20,614 nucleotides of DNA from Fidelibacterota bacterium (GTDB taxonomy: Bacteria > Fidelibacterota > Marinisomatia > Marinisomatales > UBA2128): the NCBI GenBank assembly GCA_046861645.1, contig JBHHUM010000036.1, positions 1 to 20,614 on the forward strand, read 5' to 3'. Position numbers and translations under genes: made by a program. This document shows positions 1-8,283 of this stretch, one piece after another. The first letter of the stretch is position 1; each line of letters opens with the position of its first letter. The notes beneath the pieces are model-generated. The model made no database searches. It saw only the letters and a list, made by a program, of their open reading frames with translations, and was not told the origin of the DNA.

Positions 1-1
1 C

Positions 2-1189
2 CGCTTCAATCCCTACTTCGCCCAGGAACTTTATGCTTACCAGCCACTATATTCACCAGAACCTACGCAGAACTCAACTGACCACCGTCCTCTGGAAGGT
101 TTTATCTTTGCAGTCACCCCCTTCAATTTCCTGAGTATTGCTGGAAATCTTCCCACTGCTCCTATCCTCATGGGAAACGTAGCTTTATGGAAACCAGCCT
201 CCAGTGCGGTTTACCCTGCTTATTATCTAATGAAACTCTTCCAGGAAGCGGGGATACCCGATGGTGTAATCAACTTTATTCCCGGGCCAGGATCTAAGGT
301 AGGGCCAAACCTTATCCCCCATTCTGCTCTGGCAGGAATTCATTTCACCGGTTCAACAACTGTTTTCCATCGAATGTGGAAGACAGTCGGAGAGAATATT
401 TCATCTTACCAGAACTACCCTAGGATTGTCGGAGAAACAGGGGGAAAGGATTTCTGCATAGCCCATGAATCTGCAGATCTGGACGCCCTGGTCACAGCCC
501 TGATTCGAGGGGCATTTGAGTATCAGGGTCAAAAGTGCTCAGCGCTTTCCCGGGCTTACCTTCCCTCTACTATCTGGAGTGAAGTTAAGAGTCGTACCTT
601 AGCCCAGGTTGAGACAATCCAAATGGGTGGCGTGGAAGATTTCTCTAACTTTATGAATGCAGTTATTGACAAAGCTGCTTTCGATTCCATAGTAGAGTTT
701 ATTGAATATGCTAAAAATTCTTCGGATGCTGAAATCCTCGCAGGTGGAAACTATGATGATTCTACAGGATACTTTATTGAACCGACCATCATCCTTACGA
801 CTAATCCTCATTTCAAAACGATGGAGGAGGAAATTTTCGGTCCCGTGTTAACCATTTTCGTTTACGAACCCGAGCAATGGTTGGAGACATTAGAATTGGT
901 GAACAGTACCTCCATCTATGCCCTAACTGGGTGTATATTTTCACAGGACCAGAAAGCTTTGAAGGAAGCTAATGATGTCTTACGTCATGCTGCAGGAAAC
1001 TACTATATCAACGACAAACCCACCGGTGCAGTAGTGGGTCAACAACCTTTCGGAGGAGGACGAGCATCTGGAACTAACGACAAGGCAGGTTCCATGTGGA
1101 ATTTAGCTCGATGGGTTTCCCAGCGGACAATTAAGGAAAACTTTAATCCACCTAAAAGTTATCGCTATCCATTCATGGATGATGAATGA
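2..1189 (+). CDS. pruA: L-glutamate gamma-semialdehyde (1-pyrroline-5-carboxylate) dehydrogenase, ALDH4 family; 5'-truncated by the window edge
   Basis: The frame is open from position 2 (RFNPYFAQEL...HRPLEGFIFAVTPFNFLSIAGNLPTAPILMGN), upstream of the tracked ATG at 170. ALDH motifs: FTGS, GETGGK (catalytic Glu), FEYQGQKCSA (catalytic Cys), EEIFGPV, and the ALDH4-type GQQPFGGGRASGTNDKAGS. Confidence 0.95.
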   Translation, partial: RFNPYFAQELYAYQPLYSPEPTQNSTDHRPLEGFIFAVTPFNFLSIAGNLPTAPILMGNVALWKPASSAVYPAYYLMKLFQEAGIPDGVINFIPGPGSKVGPNLIPHSALAGIHFTGSTTVFHRMWKTVGENISSYQNYPRIVGETGGKDFCIAHESADLDALVTALIRGAFEYQGQKCSALSRAYLPSTIWSEVKSRTLAQVETIQMGGVEDFSNFMNAVIDKAAFDSIVEFIEYAKNSSDAEILAGGNYDDSTGYFIEPTIILTTNPHFKTMEEEIFGPVLTIFVYEPEQWLETLELVNSTSIYALTGCIFSQDQKALKEANDVLRHAAGNYYINDKPTGAVVGQQPFGGGRASGTNDKAGSMWNLARWVSQRTIKENFNPPKSYRYPFMDDE

Positions 1190-1265
1190 TCAAATTCCTC
1201 GCTAAAATTCTTTCCTATAAACAGACCTTCGGATTTAGCTAAAGTCACAAGACTGCTTATCAAGT

Positions 1266-1287
1266 TAAGGAATTAAATAATTCCTTA
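1266..1287. promoter_or_regulatory. Perfect inverted repeat TAAGGAATTA-AA-TAATTCCTTA, candidate operator
   Basis: 10-bp arms with a 2-nt spacer, ending 32 bp before the 1320 start. It lies just upstream of AT-rich -10-like hexamers (TATAAA 1293-1298, TAATAT 1299-1304) and an AGGAGA RBS at 1310-1315. Confidence 0.55.
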
Positions 1288-1319
1288 GAGTCTATAAATA
1301 ATATTACTTAGGAGAGAAA

Positions 1320-2642
1320 ATGAGAAAGAATAGAAAACGAATTTTAATTATGGGGGCTGCAGGCCGAGATTTTCACAACTTCAATACAGTTTACCGCAAT
1401 AATCCCAACTACCACGTTGTTGCTTTTACAGCTACACAAATTCCAAATATCGAGGATCGTAATTATCCGCCAGAATTGTCTGGCAAATATTATCCTAATG
1501 GGATACCCATTCACGATGAAAAAGATCTCACCCAGTTGATAGCTGAACTTGATGTAGAGGATGTCATCTTTGCTTATAGTGATATTTCCCACGAATACGT
1601 TATGCACAAAGCTTCAGAAGTCATTAAGTGTGGAGCCAACTTCGTGTTATTAGGTAGCGAACCCACTATGATAAAATCTACTAAGCCAGTAATAGCCATC
1701 GGAGCGGTTCGAACTGGTTGTGGTAAAAGCCAGACTACCAGACGTATAGCACAACTCCTGATTACTGCCGGAAAACAGGTTGTGGTGATTCGACACCCTA
1801 TGCCCTATGGGGTTTTAGGTAGACAGAAAGTGCAACGATTCGCTACAGTTGAGGATCTATCACTTCACAACTGCACTATTGAGGAAATGGAAGAGTATGA
1901 ACCCCACATCACCCGGGGGACTATCGTCTATGCAGGTGTGGATTATCAAGCTATCTTAGACGAGGCTGAAAAGGAAGCTGACATTATCTTATGGGATGGT
2001 GGAAATAACGATCTTCCTTTCTACAATCCTGATCTCTATATAGTCGTTATGGATCCGCATCGGGCTGGACATGAAATGGCATACTATCCCGGTGAGTCTA
2101 ACCTGCGCATGGGAGATGTAATTATTATTAATAAGATGGATACAGCTCATTCTGAAGACGTGGCTAAACTAAGGAAAAGTATTTCCATTGCTAACCCGGG
2201 CGCTACGGTCATCGAAGCTAACTCTCCTGTAACTATAGAAGATTCTTCAATTATTACAGGGAAGCGATGTTTGGTTGTCGAAGATGGACCTACCCTTACA
2301 CATGGTGAGATGAAGTTTGGAGCAGGAACAGTAGCTGCTGAAATGTTTGGCGCCACTGAAATCATCGACCCTCGCCCATGGATTGTGGGAACTATTGCAG
2401 AAACATTTGAGCACTATCCTAATATTGGCAAAGTACTCCCAGCTATGGGTTATGGTGGTCAACAGATTAAGGATCTGGAAACTACTATTAATTCTGTCGA
2501 GTGCGACGTAGTAGTAATTGGGACACCTATCGACCTGCGGCGGATTATCACCATTGAGAAACCCTCTGTCCGGGTTACCTACGAACTCCAAGAAATCGGT
2601 CATCCTACTCTTGATGAAATAATAGAACCCTTTACTAAATAG
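1320..2642 (+). CDS. COG2403-family P-loop NTPase (often annotated 'cyclic 2,3-diphosphoglycerate synthase'/GTPase); probable arginine synthetase (ArcE-like)
   Basis: N-terminal GAAGRDFHNFN, Walker A AVRTGCGKSQT, RHPMPYG, CTIEEMEEYEPH, WDGGNND, INKMD, VEDGPTLTHG and LPAMGY. AGGAGA RBS. Family assignment is confident; the specific activity is inferred. Confidence 0.8.
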   Translation: MRKNRKRILIMGAAGRDFHNFNTVYRNNPNYHVVAFTATQIPNIEDRNYPPELSGKYYPNGIPIHDEKDLTQLIAELDVEDVIFAYSDISHEYVMHKASEVIKCGANFVLLGSEPTMIKSTKPVIAIGAVRTGCGKSQTTRRIAQLLITAGKQVVVIRHPMPYGVLGRQKVQRFATVEDLSLHNCTIEEMEEYEPHITRGTIVYAGVDYQAILDEAEKEADIILWDGGNNDLPFYNPDLYIVVMDPHRAGHEMAYYPGESNLRMGDVIIINKMDTAHSEDVAKLRKSISIANPGATVIEANSPVTIEDSSIITGKRCLVVEDGPTLTHGEMKFGAGTVAAEMFGATEIIDPRPWIVGTIAETFEHYPNIGKVLPAMGYGGQQIKDLETTINSVECDVVVIGTPIDLRRIITIEKPSVRVTYELQEIGHPTLDEIIEPFTK

Positions 2643-2805
2643 AAGACCAATTAAAGACACTCTTCGTTGGACAAAGGGCTTGCTTCTGCTGCAGGTAGAC
2701 ACGAAATTGACACAACTTAATTGTTCAAGAACAAAGATGTTTCAAACATTATCCTCAAAAAGTTTCCACCGGCCTGGGTAAAATAATCCACGGAAAATAG
2801 TTGTT

Positions 2806-3975
2806 TTGAAGCTTCACGAATATCAGGCCAAGGAAATTCTTAGAAAACACAAGGTGCCTACCCCCAGAGGCCTCCCTGCCTTTACTGCTGATGAAGCTGT
2901 GGAGGTTGCGGAAAATCTGGGAGCTAAAACTATCGTTATCAAAGCACAAATCCACGCTGGTGGTCGTGGTAAAGGTGGTGGTATTAAGCTTGCTCACTCT
3001 ATACCAGAGGTTAGGAAATTAGCTGAACAGATGCTGGGGATGAGATTGGTTACACATCAAACTGATTCTGCAGGTAAGGAGGTCAAACGACTACTGATTG
3101 AAGAAGGCATCAATATTGCCACAGAGCTATATGCAGGTATAGTCCTTGATCGTTCAGCTGAACAATACGTGTTTATGGTTTCAACAGAAGGTGGAGTGGA
3201 AATTGAAAAAGTGGCGGCAGAAACACCGGAGAAGATTGTCAAGGCATGGATTGATCCAGAACTTGGTTTAACTCATCAACAAGCTCAACTTCTAGCCCAA
3301 TCACTCCATCTTTCTGGCAGAAGCGCTAACTTGGGAGTGGACACCTTATTAGCCCTCTGGAATGCTTTTATAAAAAATGATTGCTCACTGGCAGAGATTA
3401 ATCCGATGGTGATAACGGATTCAGGAAATATTATCGCTTTGGATGCCAAGATGAATTTTGACGATAATGCTCTCTTTCGCCACCCTGAGATTGTTGAAAT
3501 GAGGGACCTTTCCGAAGAATTGTCCAGTGAGATTGAAGCTTCCAAGTATAATCTTAATTACATCAAGTTAGATGGTAACGTGGGTTGTATGGTTAATGGT
3601 GCAGGACTGGCCATGTCCACTATGGATATTATCAAACTTGCCGGTGGTGAACCCGCCAATTTCCTCGATGTAGGTGGTGTGGCAAGTTCCGAAACCGTAG
3701 CTAAAGGTTTTCAAATAATATTGAGTGACCCAGCGGTAAAGTCAATTCTCATCAACATTTTCGGGGGTATAGTACGTTGCGATCGGGTAGCGCAAGGGGT
3801 CATTGACGCTCTCTCAGAAATAGTTGTAAAAGTTCCTGTGGTGGTACGATTGGAAGGCACCAATGCAGTTCAAGCAGCAGAACTACTTGAAAAATCATCC
3901 CTGGATTTTATTGTTGCATCCAGCTTGAGCGATGGCGCTGAAAAGAGTGTACAGGCTGCACAAGGTAATGCATGA
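2806..3975 (+). CDS. sucC: Succinyl-CoA synthetase beta subunit
   Basis: [72 protein letters not shown] start. Confidence 0.97.
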   Translation: MKLHEYQAKEILRKHKVPTPRGLPAFTADEAVEVAENLGAKTIVIKAQIHAGGRGKGGGIKLAHSIPEVRKLAEQMLGMRLVTHQTDSAGKEVKRLLIEEGINIATELYAGIVLDRSAEQYVFMVSTEGGVEIEKVAAETPEKIVKAWIDPELGLTHQQAQLLAQSLHLSGRSANLGVDTLLALWNAFIKNDCSLAEINPMVITDSGNIIALDAKMNFDDNALFRHPEIVEMRDLSEELSSEIEASKYNLNYIKLDGNVGCMVNGAGLAMSTMDIIKLAGGEPANFLDVGGVASSETVAKGFQIILSDPAVKSILINIFGGIVRCDRVAQGVIDALSEIVVKVPVVVRLEGTNAVQAAELLEKSSLDFIVASSLSDGAEKSVQAAQGNA

Positions 3976-4859
3976 GCATTCTGATTAATAAAGAGACACG
4001 CCTGTTGGTTCAAGGAATCACTGGAAAGGAAGGTTCCTTCCATACTAGCCAGATGCTCGCTTATGGTACAACCATCGTGGCTGGAGTGACGCCAGGTAAA
4101 GGAGGACAAGAACATTTAGGTCTTCCGGTGTTCAATACCGTAAGTGAAGCTAAAGAAGCCAAGGAGTGCAACACTTCCATCATTTTTGTCCCCCCAAAGT
4201 TTGCTGCTGCCGCCATCATTGAAGCTGCTGACGAAGGATTGGATCTTATCATTTGCATCACGGAAGGAATTCCAACTGCTGACATGGTGAAGGTTAAGAA
4301 TCACCTTCGAAACACTGACACGAGGTTGATTGGTCCCAACTGTCCCGGGGTAATTACTCCCGGTCAGGCTAAAGTAGGCATCATGCCAGGTTTTATTCAC
4401 ACACCAGGATCAATTGGAGTAATCTCCCGCAGTGGAACTCTGACTTATGAAGCTGTTGATCAACTTACGAAGCAGAGCCTCGGTCAGTCGACCTGTATTG
4501 GTATTGGGGGAGATCCTATCATAGGTAGTACCTTTGTTGATCTGTTAACACTCTTCGCCGAGGATAATAGTACCGAAGGGATAGTTCTTATCGGAGAAAT
4601 AGGCGGTACAGCTGAAGAAGAAACCGCCCAATGGGTAATCGACAACAATTTTGAAAAACCTATTGTAGCTTTCATAGCTGGTCAGACAGCGCCACCAGGC
4701 CGGAGAATGGGACATGCCGGTGCTATCATTGCTGGAGGTAAAGGTACAGCAGCAGAGAAAATGAACTCTCTTGCTGAAGCCGGTATTACTGTGATAAAGA
4801 GCCCAGCAGAAATTGGTAAAACCATGAAAAGAGTTGTTAAGGAAAGGGGAATTATTTGA
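3972..4859 (+). CDS. sucD: Succinyl-CoA synthetase alpha subunit
   Basis: [38 protein letters not shown] and the phospho-His motif MGHAGA. ATGA overlap with sucC. Confidence 0.97.
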   Translation: MSILINKETRLLVQGITGKEGSFHTSQMLAYGTTIVAGVTPGKGGQEHLGLPVFNTVSEAKEAKECNTSIIFVPPKFAAAAIIEAADEGLDLIICITEGIPTADMVKVKNHLRNTDTRLIGPNCPGVITPGQAKVGIMPGFIHTPGSIGVISRSGTLTYEAVDQLTKQSLGQSTCIGIGGDPIIGSTFVDLLTLFAEDNSTEGIVLIGEIGGTAEEETAQWVIDNNFEKPIVAFIAGQTAPPGRRMGHAGAIIAGGKGTAAEKMNSLAEAGITVIKSPAEIGKTMKRVVKERGII

Positions 4860-5278
4860 ATAATAGAACACTGGCTATAATTAAACCTGACGCCATAGGA
4901 AAACGGTTAACTGGGAAGATCATTGATCATATCCTCCGCTCAGGTTTTGAGATTGTTGCTATGAAAAAAATCCGTATGTCCGTCGAAGAAGCACAACGAT
5001 TTTATGAAATACACAGGGAGCGTCCCTTTTTTCATGATTTGGTTAAGTTCATGAGTTCTGGACCATGTGTAGTAGCTACTCTACAGAAAGAAAATGCCGT
5101 TGAAGCCTGGAGAGAAACTATTGGTACTACAAATCCAGCTGAAGCAGCCCAAGGTACCATCAGAAAATTATATGCAGATAACGTACAAAATAACGTTGTT
5201 CATGGATCTGATTCGGATGAAAATGCAGCAAAAGAGATTGCATTTTTCTTTTCTGACGACGAAATTCTCTCACTCTAA
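4856..5278 (+). CDS. ndk: Nucleoside diphosphate kinase
   Basis: [25 protein letters not shown] and catalytic [11 protein letters not shown] start overlapping the sucD stop (TTGA). Confidence 0.97.
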   Translation: MNNRTLAIIKPDAIGKRLTGKIIDHILRSGFEIVAMKKIRMSVEEAQRFYEIHRERPFFHDLVKFMSSGPCVVATLQKENAVEAWRETIGTTNPAEAAQGTIRKLYADNVQNNVVHGSDSDENAAKEIAFFFSDDEILSL

Positions 5279-6192
5279 TGAATGACTGGGGATTTAAAGT
5301 CTATGCGAAAAGAATAAGTAGGGTTCTGGCCTTCCTGGTTTGCCTAATAATCTTTTCTTCTTGTAGTCGGGACATTACTCATGAAGGAAAAGTTAACCAC
5401 TATTATTCCATCCTGGTACAGCCACCTTACAAGGTCATGGCACCTTCTTATGATTGGATTATCCATGAATTCCCTGAAAATAGTCAACTCTCGTTTTCCG
5501 ACCTGCTCATATCTTCCAGTGGTAATGAGCTGACTTTCCTGCCCGATGTCACTGGTGATTATATATTCGAGGTAGTTGTATTCGATGGTAATAAACAAGC
5601 AGGAAGTAAAAAATACGTCTTCAATATTTCCTCACCTGAAATTGTTGAAAGCCCTGTGCCTGAAATTCCCGACCTAGAGGTTATCGAGCCAGAATCGATC
5701 GAAATAACTGAGCAACCTAAGGAAGATCTCGTCGATACTTTAGAAATATTATCTGCAAACAGTGAACAATTCGAGCCTGAAGCAATAACAACAGAAATTG
5801 AATCTGTTCCCGAGGAAACTACCCTGACTGAAATACCGTCAGCAGATGAAAATGCAGAAACAGTTATCGAACCACTTATAGAACCAATAACATCAGTTGA
5901 AACTAAACTTGAAAAGGAGACTCCCTCTACTCTGACAAGAGGTCAACATTACACTATTCAGATTTCAGCCTGGCCTATTCTTGAAAAAGCGGAAGCTGTC
6001 GTTGACACACTTGAAGACTTGGGATTCGATACCTATATTCAGAAAGGTTATTTAGACAATAATGATGCTATTTGGTACCGTGTACGAGTAGGTACTTTTT
6101 CTACAATGACTGAAGCAAAAAATGCTTCCAACGCAATACAATCAATAACCAAATACGATACGTGGATTGACCGCGTACGTGAGGATCTATAA
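5278..6192 (+). CDS. Putative lipoprotein: PKD/Ig-like N-domain, acidic Pro/Glu-rich linker, C-terminal SPOR peptidoglycan-binding domain
   Basis: Basic then hydrophobic signal ending FSS-C29 (lipobox-like). W...P..S....F.PD..G.Y.F.V.V.DG pattern. Low-complexity acidic middle. C-terminal YTIQISAW...A...L...GF...WYRVRVGTF...EA is typical of SPOR. TAATG coupling to ndk. Confidence 0.8.
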   Translation: MNDWGFKVYAKRISRVLAFLVCLIIFSSCSRDITHEGKVNHYYSILVQPPYKVMAPSYDWIIHEFPENSQLSFSDLLISSSGNELTFLPDVTGDYIFEVVVFDGNKQAGSKKYVFNISSPEIVESPVPEIPDLEVIEPESIEITEQPKEDLVDTLEILSANSEQFEPEAITTEIESVPEETTLTEIPSADENAETVIEPLIEPITSVETKLEKETPSTLTRGQHYTIQISAWPILEKAEAVVDTLEDLGFDTYIQKGYLDNNDAIWYRVRVGTFSTMTEAKNASNAIQSITKYDTWIDRVREDL

Positions 6193-6212
6193 GCAAGATC
6201 AAGGAGGGAAAC

Positions 6213-7460
6213 ATGGGACCTGTGAATCTTTACTTTGATGTCCGAGATATTTTCCGAGCACCACGACTGGCGCTGAGTGGAAAGAAAATCTGGACAATGA
6301 TGGAGGCTACTTTTGTCGGTTTCATCATATACGGATTTTTCTCCTATATTGCACTAATGGCACAAGGAGAATCTTTCGGAGAAATTTGGGATACGTTTGG
6401 GATTTTACCACATCCTGTAGCTATAGGTGTATTCTTTTCAGGTATTCAAGAGGTAAGCTGGGGAGCAATGATCCTTTCACTAATAGGCATCCTCGGTGGA
6501 CTGATGTGCTTGGTACTCGGAGCTACAGCTGTAGTTCGTATTACTTACAAACAACTGAAGGGAGATGAATTTTACTCCTCAAGTGATGCCTGGCGGTTTG
6601 TTAAGAAACACTGGCACGCTCCAGTTTTTTCACATATTTCCATTCTTATCATTGCCGCATTTTTTGTAATTATGGCCATCATTTTTGCTCTAATTGGCAA
6701 AATACCTTACTTGGGTGAGTTATTTTTTGGAATTCCGTATCTCCTCTGGTTTGCTGGTTCGGTTTTCGTAGTATATACCCTAGTTGTTTTTGCCATCTCT
6801 ATTTTCTTCACTCACGCCATCGTAGGAACCATGGAAGAAGATACAATGGGTACAGTATTCCAAAACTATTCCATCACCTGGTCACAAGCCTGGCGTATTG
6901 CACTTTACCTACCTTTAATTTATTCCCTGGTAGCCATGGGTATAGTGGTCTTTTACTTTTTTATGACTGAAGGTTACAATCTAATAAACTATGTCTTTGG
7001 TCAGGATTGGTTAATGGGAGACAAGTTAGCTCGCATGGTCGGTTGGGTGATTGGTGATACCTTTATGTCTGTTCCTGCGAACCTTATTGGTTGGGAAGCT
7101 CCCGACTTTTTTATCCTCGAACCTGAAGGAGCTCTTGAATACATTGGGGGAGCATTTATAGCTGTATCACTTTTCATCATCTTTTGGTCAATCATTTCTT
7201 ACGCTTTTTGTATCGAGGTAGCCGGACAGACCCTGGCTTTAGTGATTTTCAAAAAACGCTCCGATGATGATAATCTCCTGGAAAGGAAGGACGAGGAGGA
7301 ATTAGAAGCAGAGGAAAAGGAAGAGGAATGGTCCTCAGATTTAGAAGAGGATACCGAAGAGAAGGAAACTGAAGAGGAAAAAGAAACTGGGGACGAGACA
7401 TCTTCTGAGGATGAAGAGAGTAGTACCGATTCTCGAGAAGATGATAATACAGAAGACTGA
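6213..7460 (+). CDS. Uncharacterised multi-pass membrane protein with a very acidic C-terminal tail
   Basis: Strong AAGGAGG RBS, 415-aa ORF, about 6-8 hydrophobic segments. The last 65 aa contain 37 Asp/Glu by manual count. Confidence 0.85.
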   Translation: MGPVNLYFDVRDIFRAPRLALSGKKIWTMMEATFVGFIIYGFFSYIALMAQGESFGEIWDTFGILPHPVAIGVFFSGIQEVSWGAMILSLIGILGGLMCLVLGATAVVRITYKQLKGDEFYSSSDAWRFVKKHWHAPVFSHISILIIAAFFVIMAIIFALIGKIPYLGELFFGIPYLLWFAGSVFVVYTLVVFAISIFFTHAIVGTMEEDTMGTVFQNYSITWSQAWRIALYLPLIYSLVAMGIVVFYFFMTEGYNLINYVFGQDWLMGDKLARMVGWVIGDTFMSVPANLIGWEAPDFFILEPEGALEYIGGAFIAVSLFIIFWSIISYAFCIEVAGQTLALVIFKKRSDDDNLLERKDEEELEAEEKEEEWSSDLEEDTEEKETEEEKETGDETSSEDEESSTDSREDDNTED

Positions 7461-7484
7461 TCTCAAAACTTAATAAACCTGGGT

Positions 7485-7510
7485 GAGGGGGCATTTTGCC
7501 CCCTCTTTTT
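7485..7510 (+). terminator. Rho-independent terminator
   Basis: GAGGGGGCA-TTT-TGCCCCCTC stem-loop followed by TTTTT, 24 bp after the stop at 7460. Confidence 0.85.
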
Positions 7511-7536
7511 ACTCTACAAAGTATCTTAGGGATTGC

Positions 7537-7565
7537 TTGTACGGGCGAAACAAAACGATTAATTT
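7537..7565 (+). promoter_or_regulatory. Putative sigma70 promoter for the yceD-rpmF-plsX-fab operon
   Basis: TTGTAC (7537-7542), 17 nt, TAATTT (7560-7565), lying between the terminator and the ATG at 7576. Confidence 0.45.
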
Positions 7566-7575
7566 CAGCACCGTT

Positions 7576-8088
7576 ATGAAGCTCAGAACTTCTGATTTAG
7601 TATCTTTGGGTCCAACAGCTGTTGTGAACGTAAGTACCCGGGACATTACAACTGAAGATGAAATTGCAGTTGATTCTGTTCCGATTCAACTTTCTGTCAG
7701 TCCAATTGGTAACGACCTGAGAGTACAGGGTAAACTTTCTGCCCCAGTCAGAAAAACTTGTGATCGATGTTTAATTCAATTTGAAGAAGATATCGAAACT
7801 GATTTTGAGGTGTTAGTGGTCTCTTATCAATCACCCTTAGTTGAGACAACAGAGACAGAAGTTCTAGAGTTGAGTCCGGGGCAACTGGAGGTAGATCTAG
7901 GACCTTACATCAGGGATGCCATAGTAGTGGGTCAAAGCATGAAAAATCTTTGTCGTGAAGACTGTAAAGGTTTGTGTCCACAATGTGGTAAAAATCTGAA
8001 CCAGGAAGATTGTTCTTGTTCAGAGAAGACTACTGATGAACGGTGGGCACCTTTGAAAGAAATCAACTTTTCAACAGTGGAGCATTAG
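7576..8088 (+). CDS. yceD: YceD/DUF177 family protein (large ribosomal subunit accumulation)
   Basis: CDRCL and LCREDCKGLCPQCGKNLN...C.C...DERWAPL motifs, directly upstream of rpmF. Start moved to ATG 7576 because the tracked 7483 start lies in the terminator region. Confidence 0.92.
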   Translation: MKLRTSDLVSLGPTAVVNVSTRDITTEDEIAVDSVPIQLSVSPIGNDLRVQGKLSAPVRKTCDRCLIQFEEDIETDFEVLVVSYQSPLVETTETEVLELSPGQLEVDLGPYIRDAIVVGQSMKNLCREDCKGLCPQCGKNLNQEDCSCSEKTTDERWAPLKEINFSTVEH

Positions 8089-8089
8089 A

Positions 8090-8269
8090 ATGGCATTACC
8101 AAAACGTAAACAATCAAAAGCAAAGGGGCGTAAACGGCGCACCCATTGGAAGGCAAAAGCACCTCAGTTGACAAATTGTCCCCAATGTCACCAGGCCAAA
8201 TTGCCGCACCGAGCCTGTCCTAATTGCGGCTACTATCGGGGTCGGCCTGTTATTTCCTCATCTGAATAA
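8090..8269 (+). CDS. rpmF: 50S ribosomal protein L32 (Zn-ribbon type); not in the ORF track
   Basis: Manual translation: MALPKRKQSKAKGRKRRTHWKAKAPQLTNCPQCHQAKLPHRACPNCGYYRGRPVISSSE (59 aa, two CxxC). Canonical position between yceD and plsX. Confidence 0.97.
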   Translation: MALPKRKQSKAKGRKRRTHWKAKAPQLTNCPQCHQAKLPHRACPNCGYYRGRPVISSSE

Positions 8270-8283
8270 TAACTCTTACTCGC

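Noticed and set aside
2247..2702. 151-aa minus-strand ORF
   Set aside because: Antisense shadow of the COG2403 gene with no recognisable motifs.
7290..7440. GAA/GAG-rich quasi-repeats
   Set aside because: Explained by the Glu/Asp-rich protein tail. Not a regular tandem repeat or a CRISPR array.
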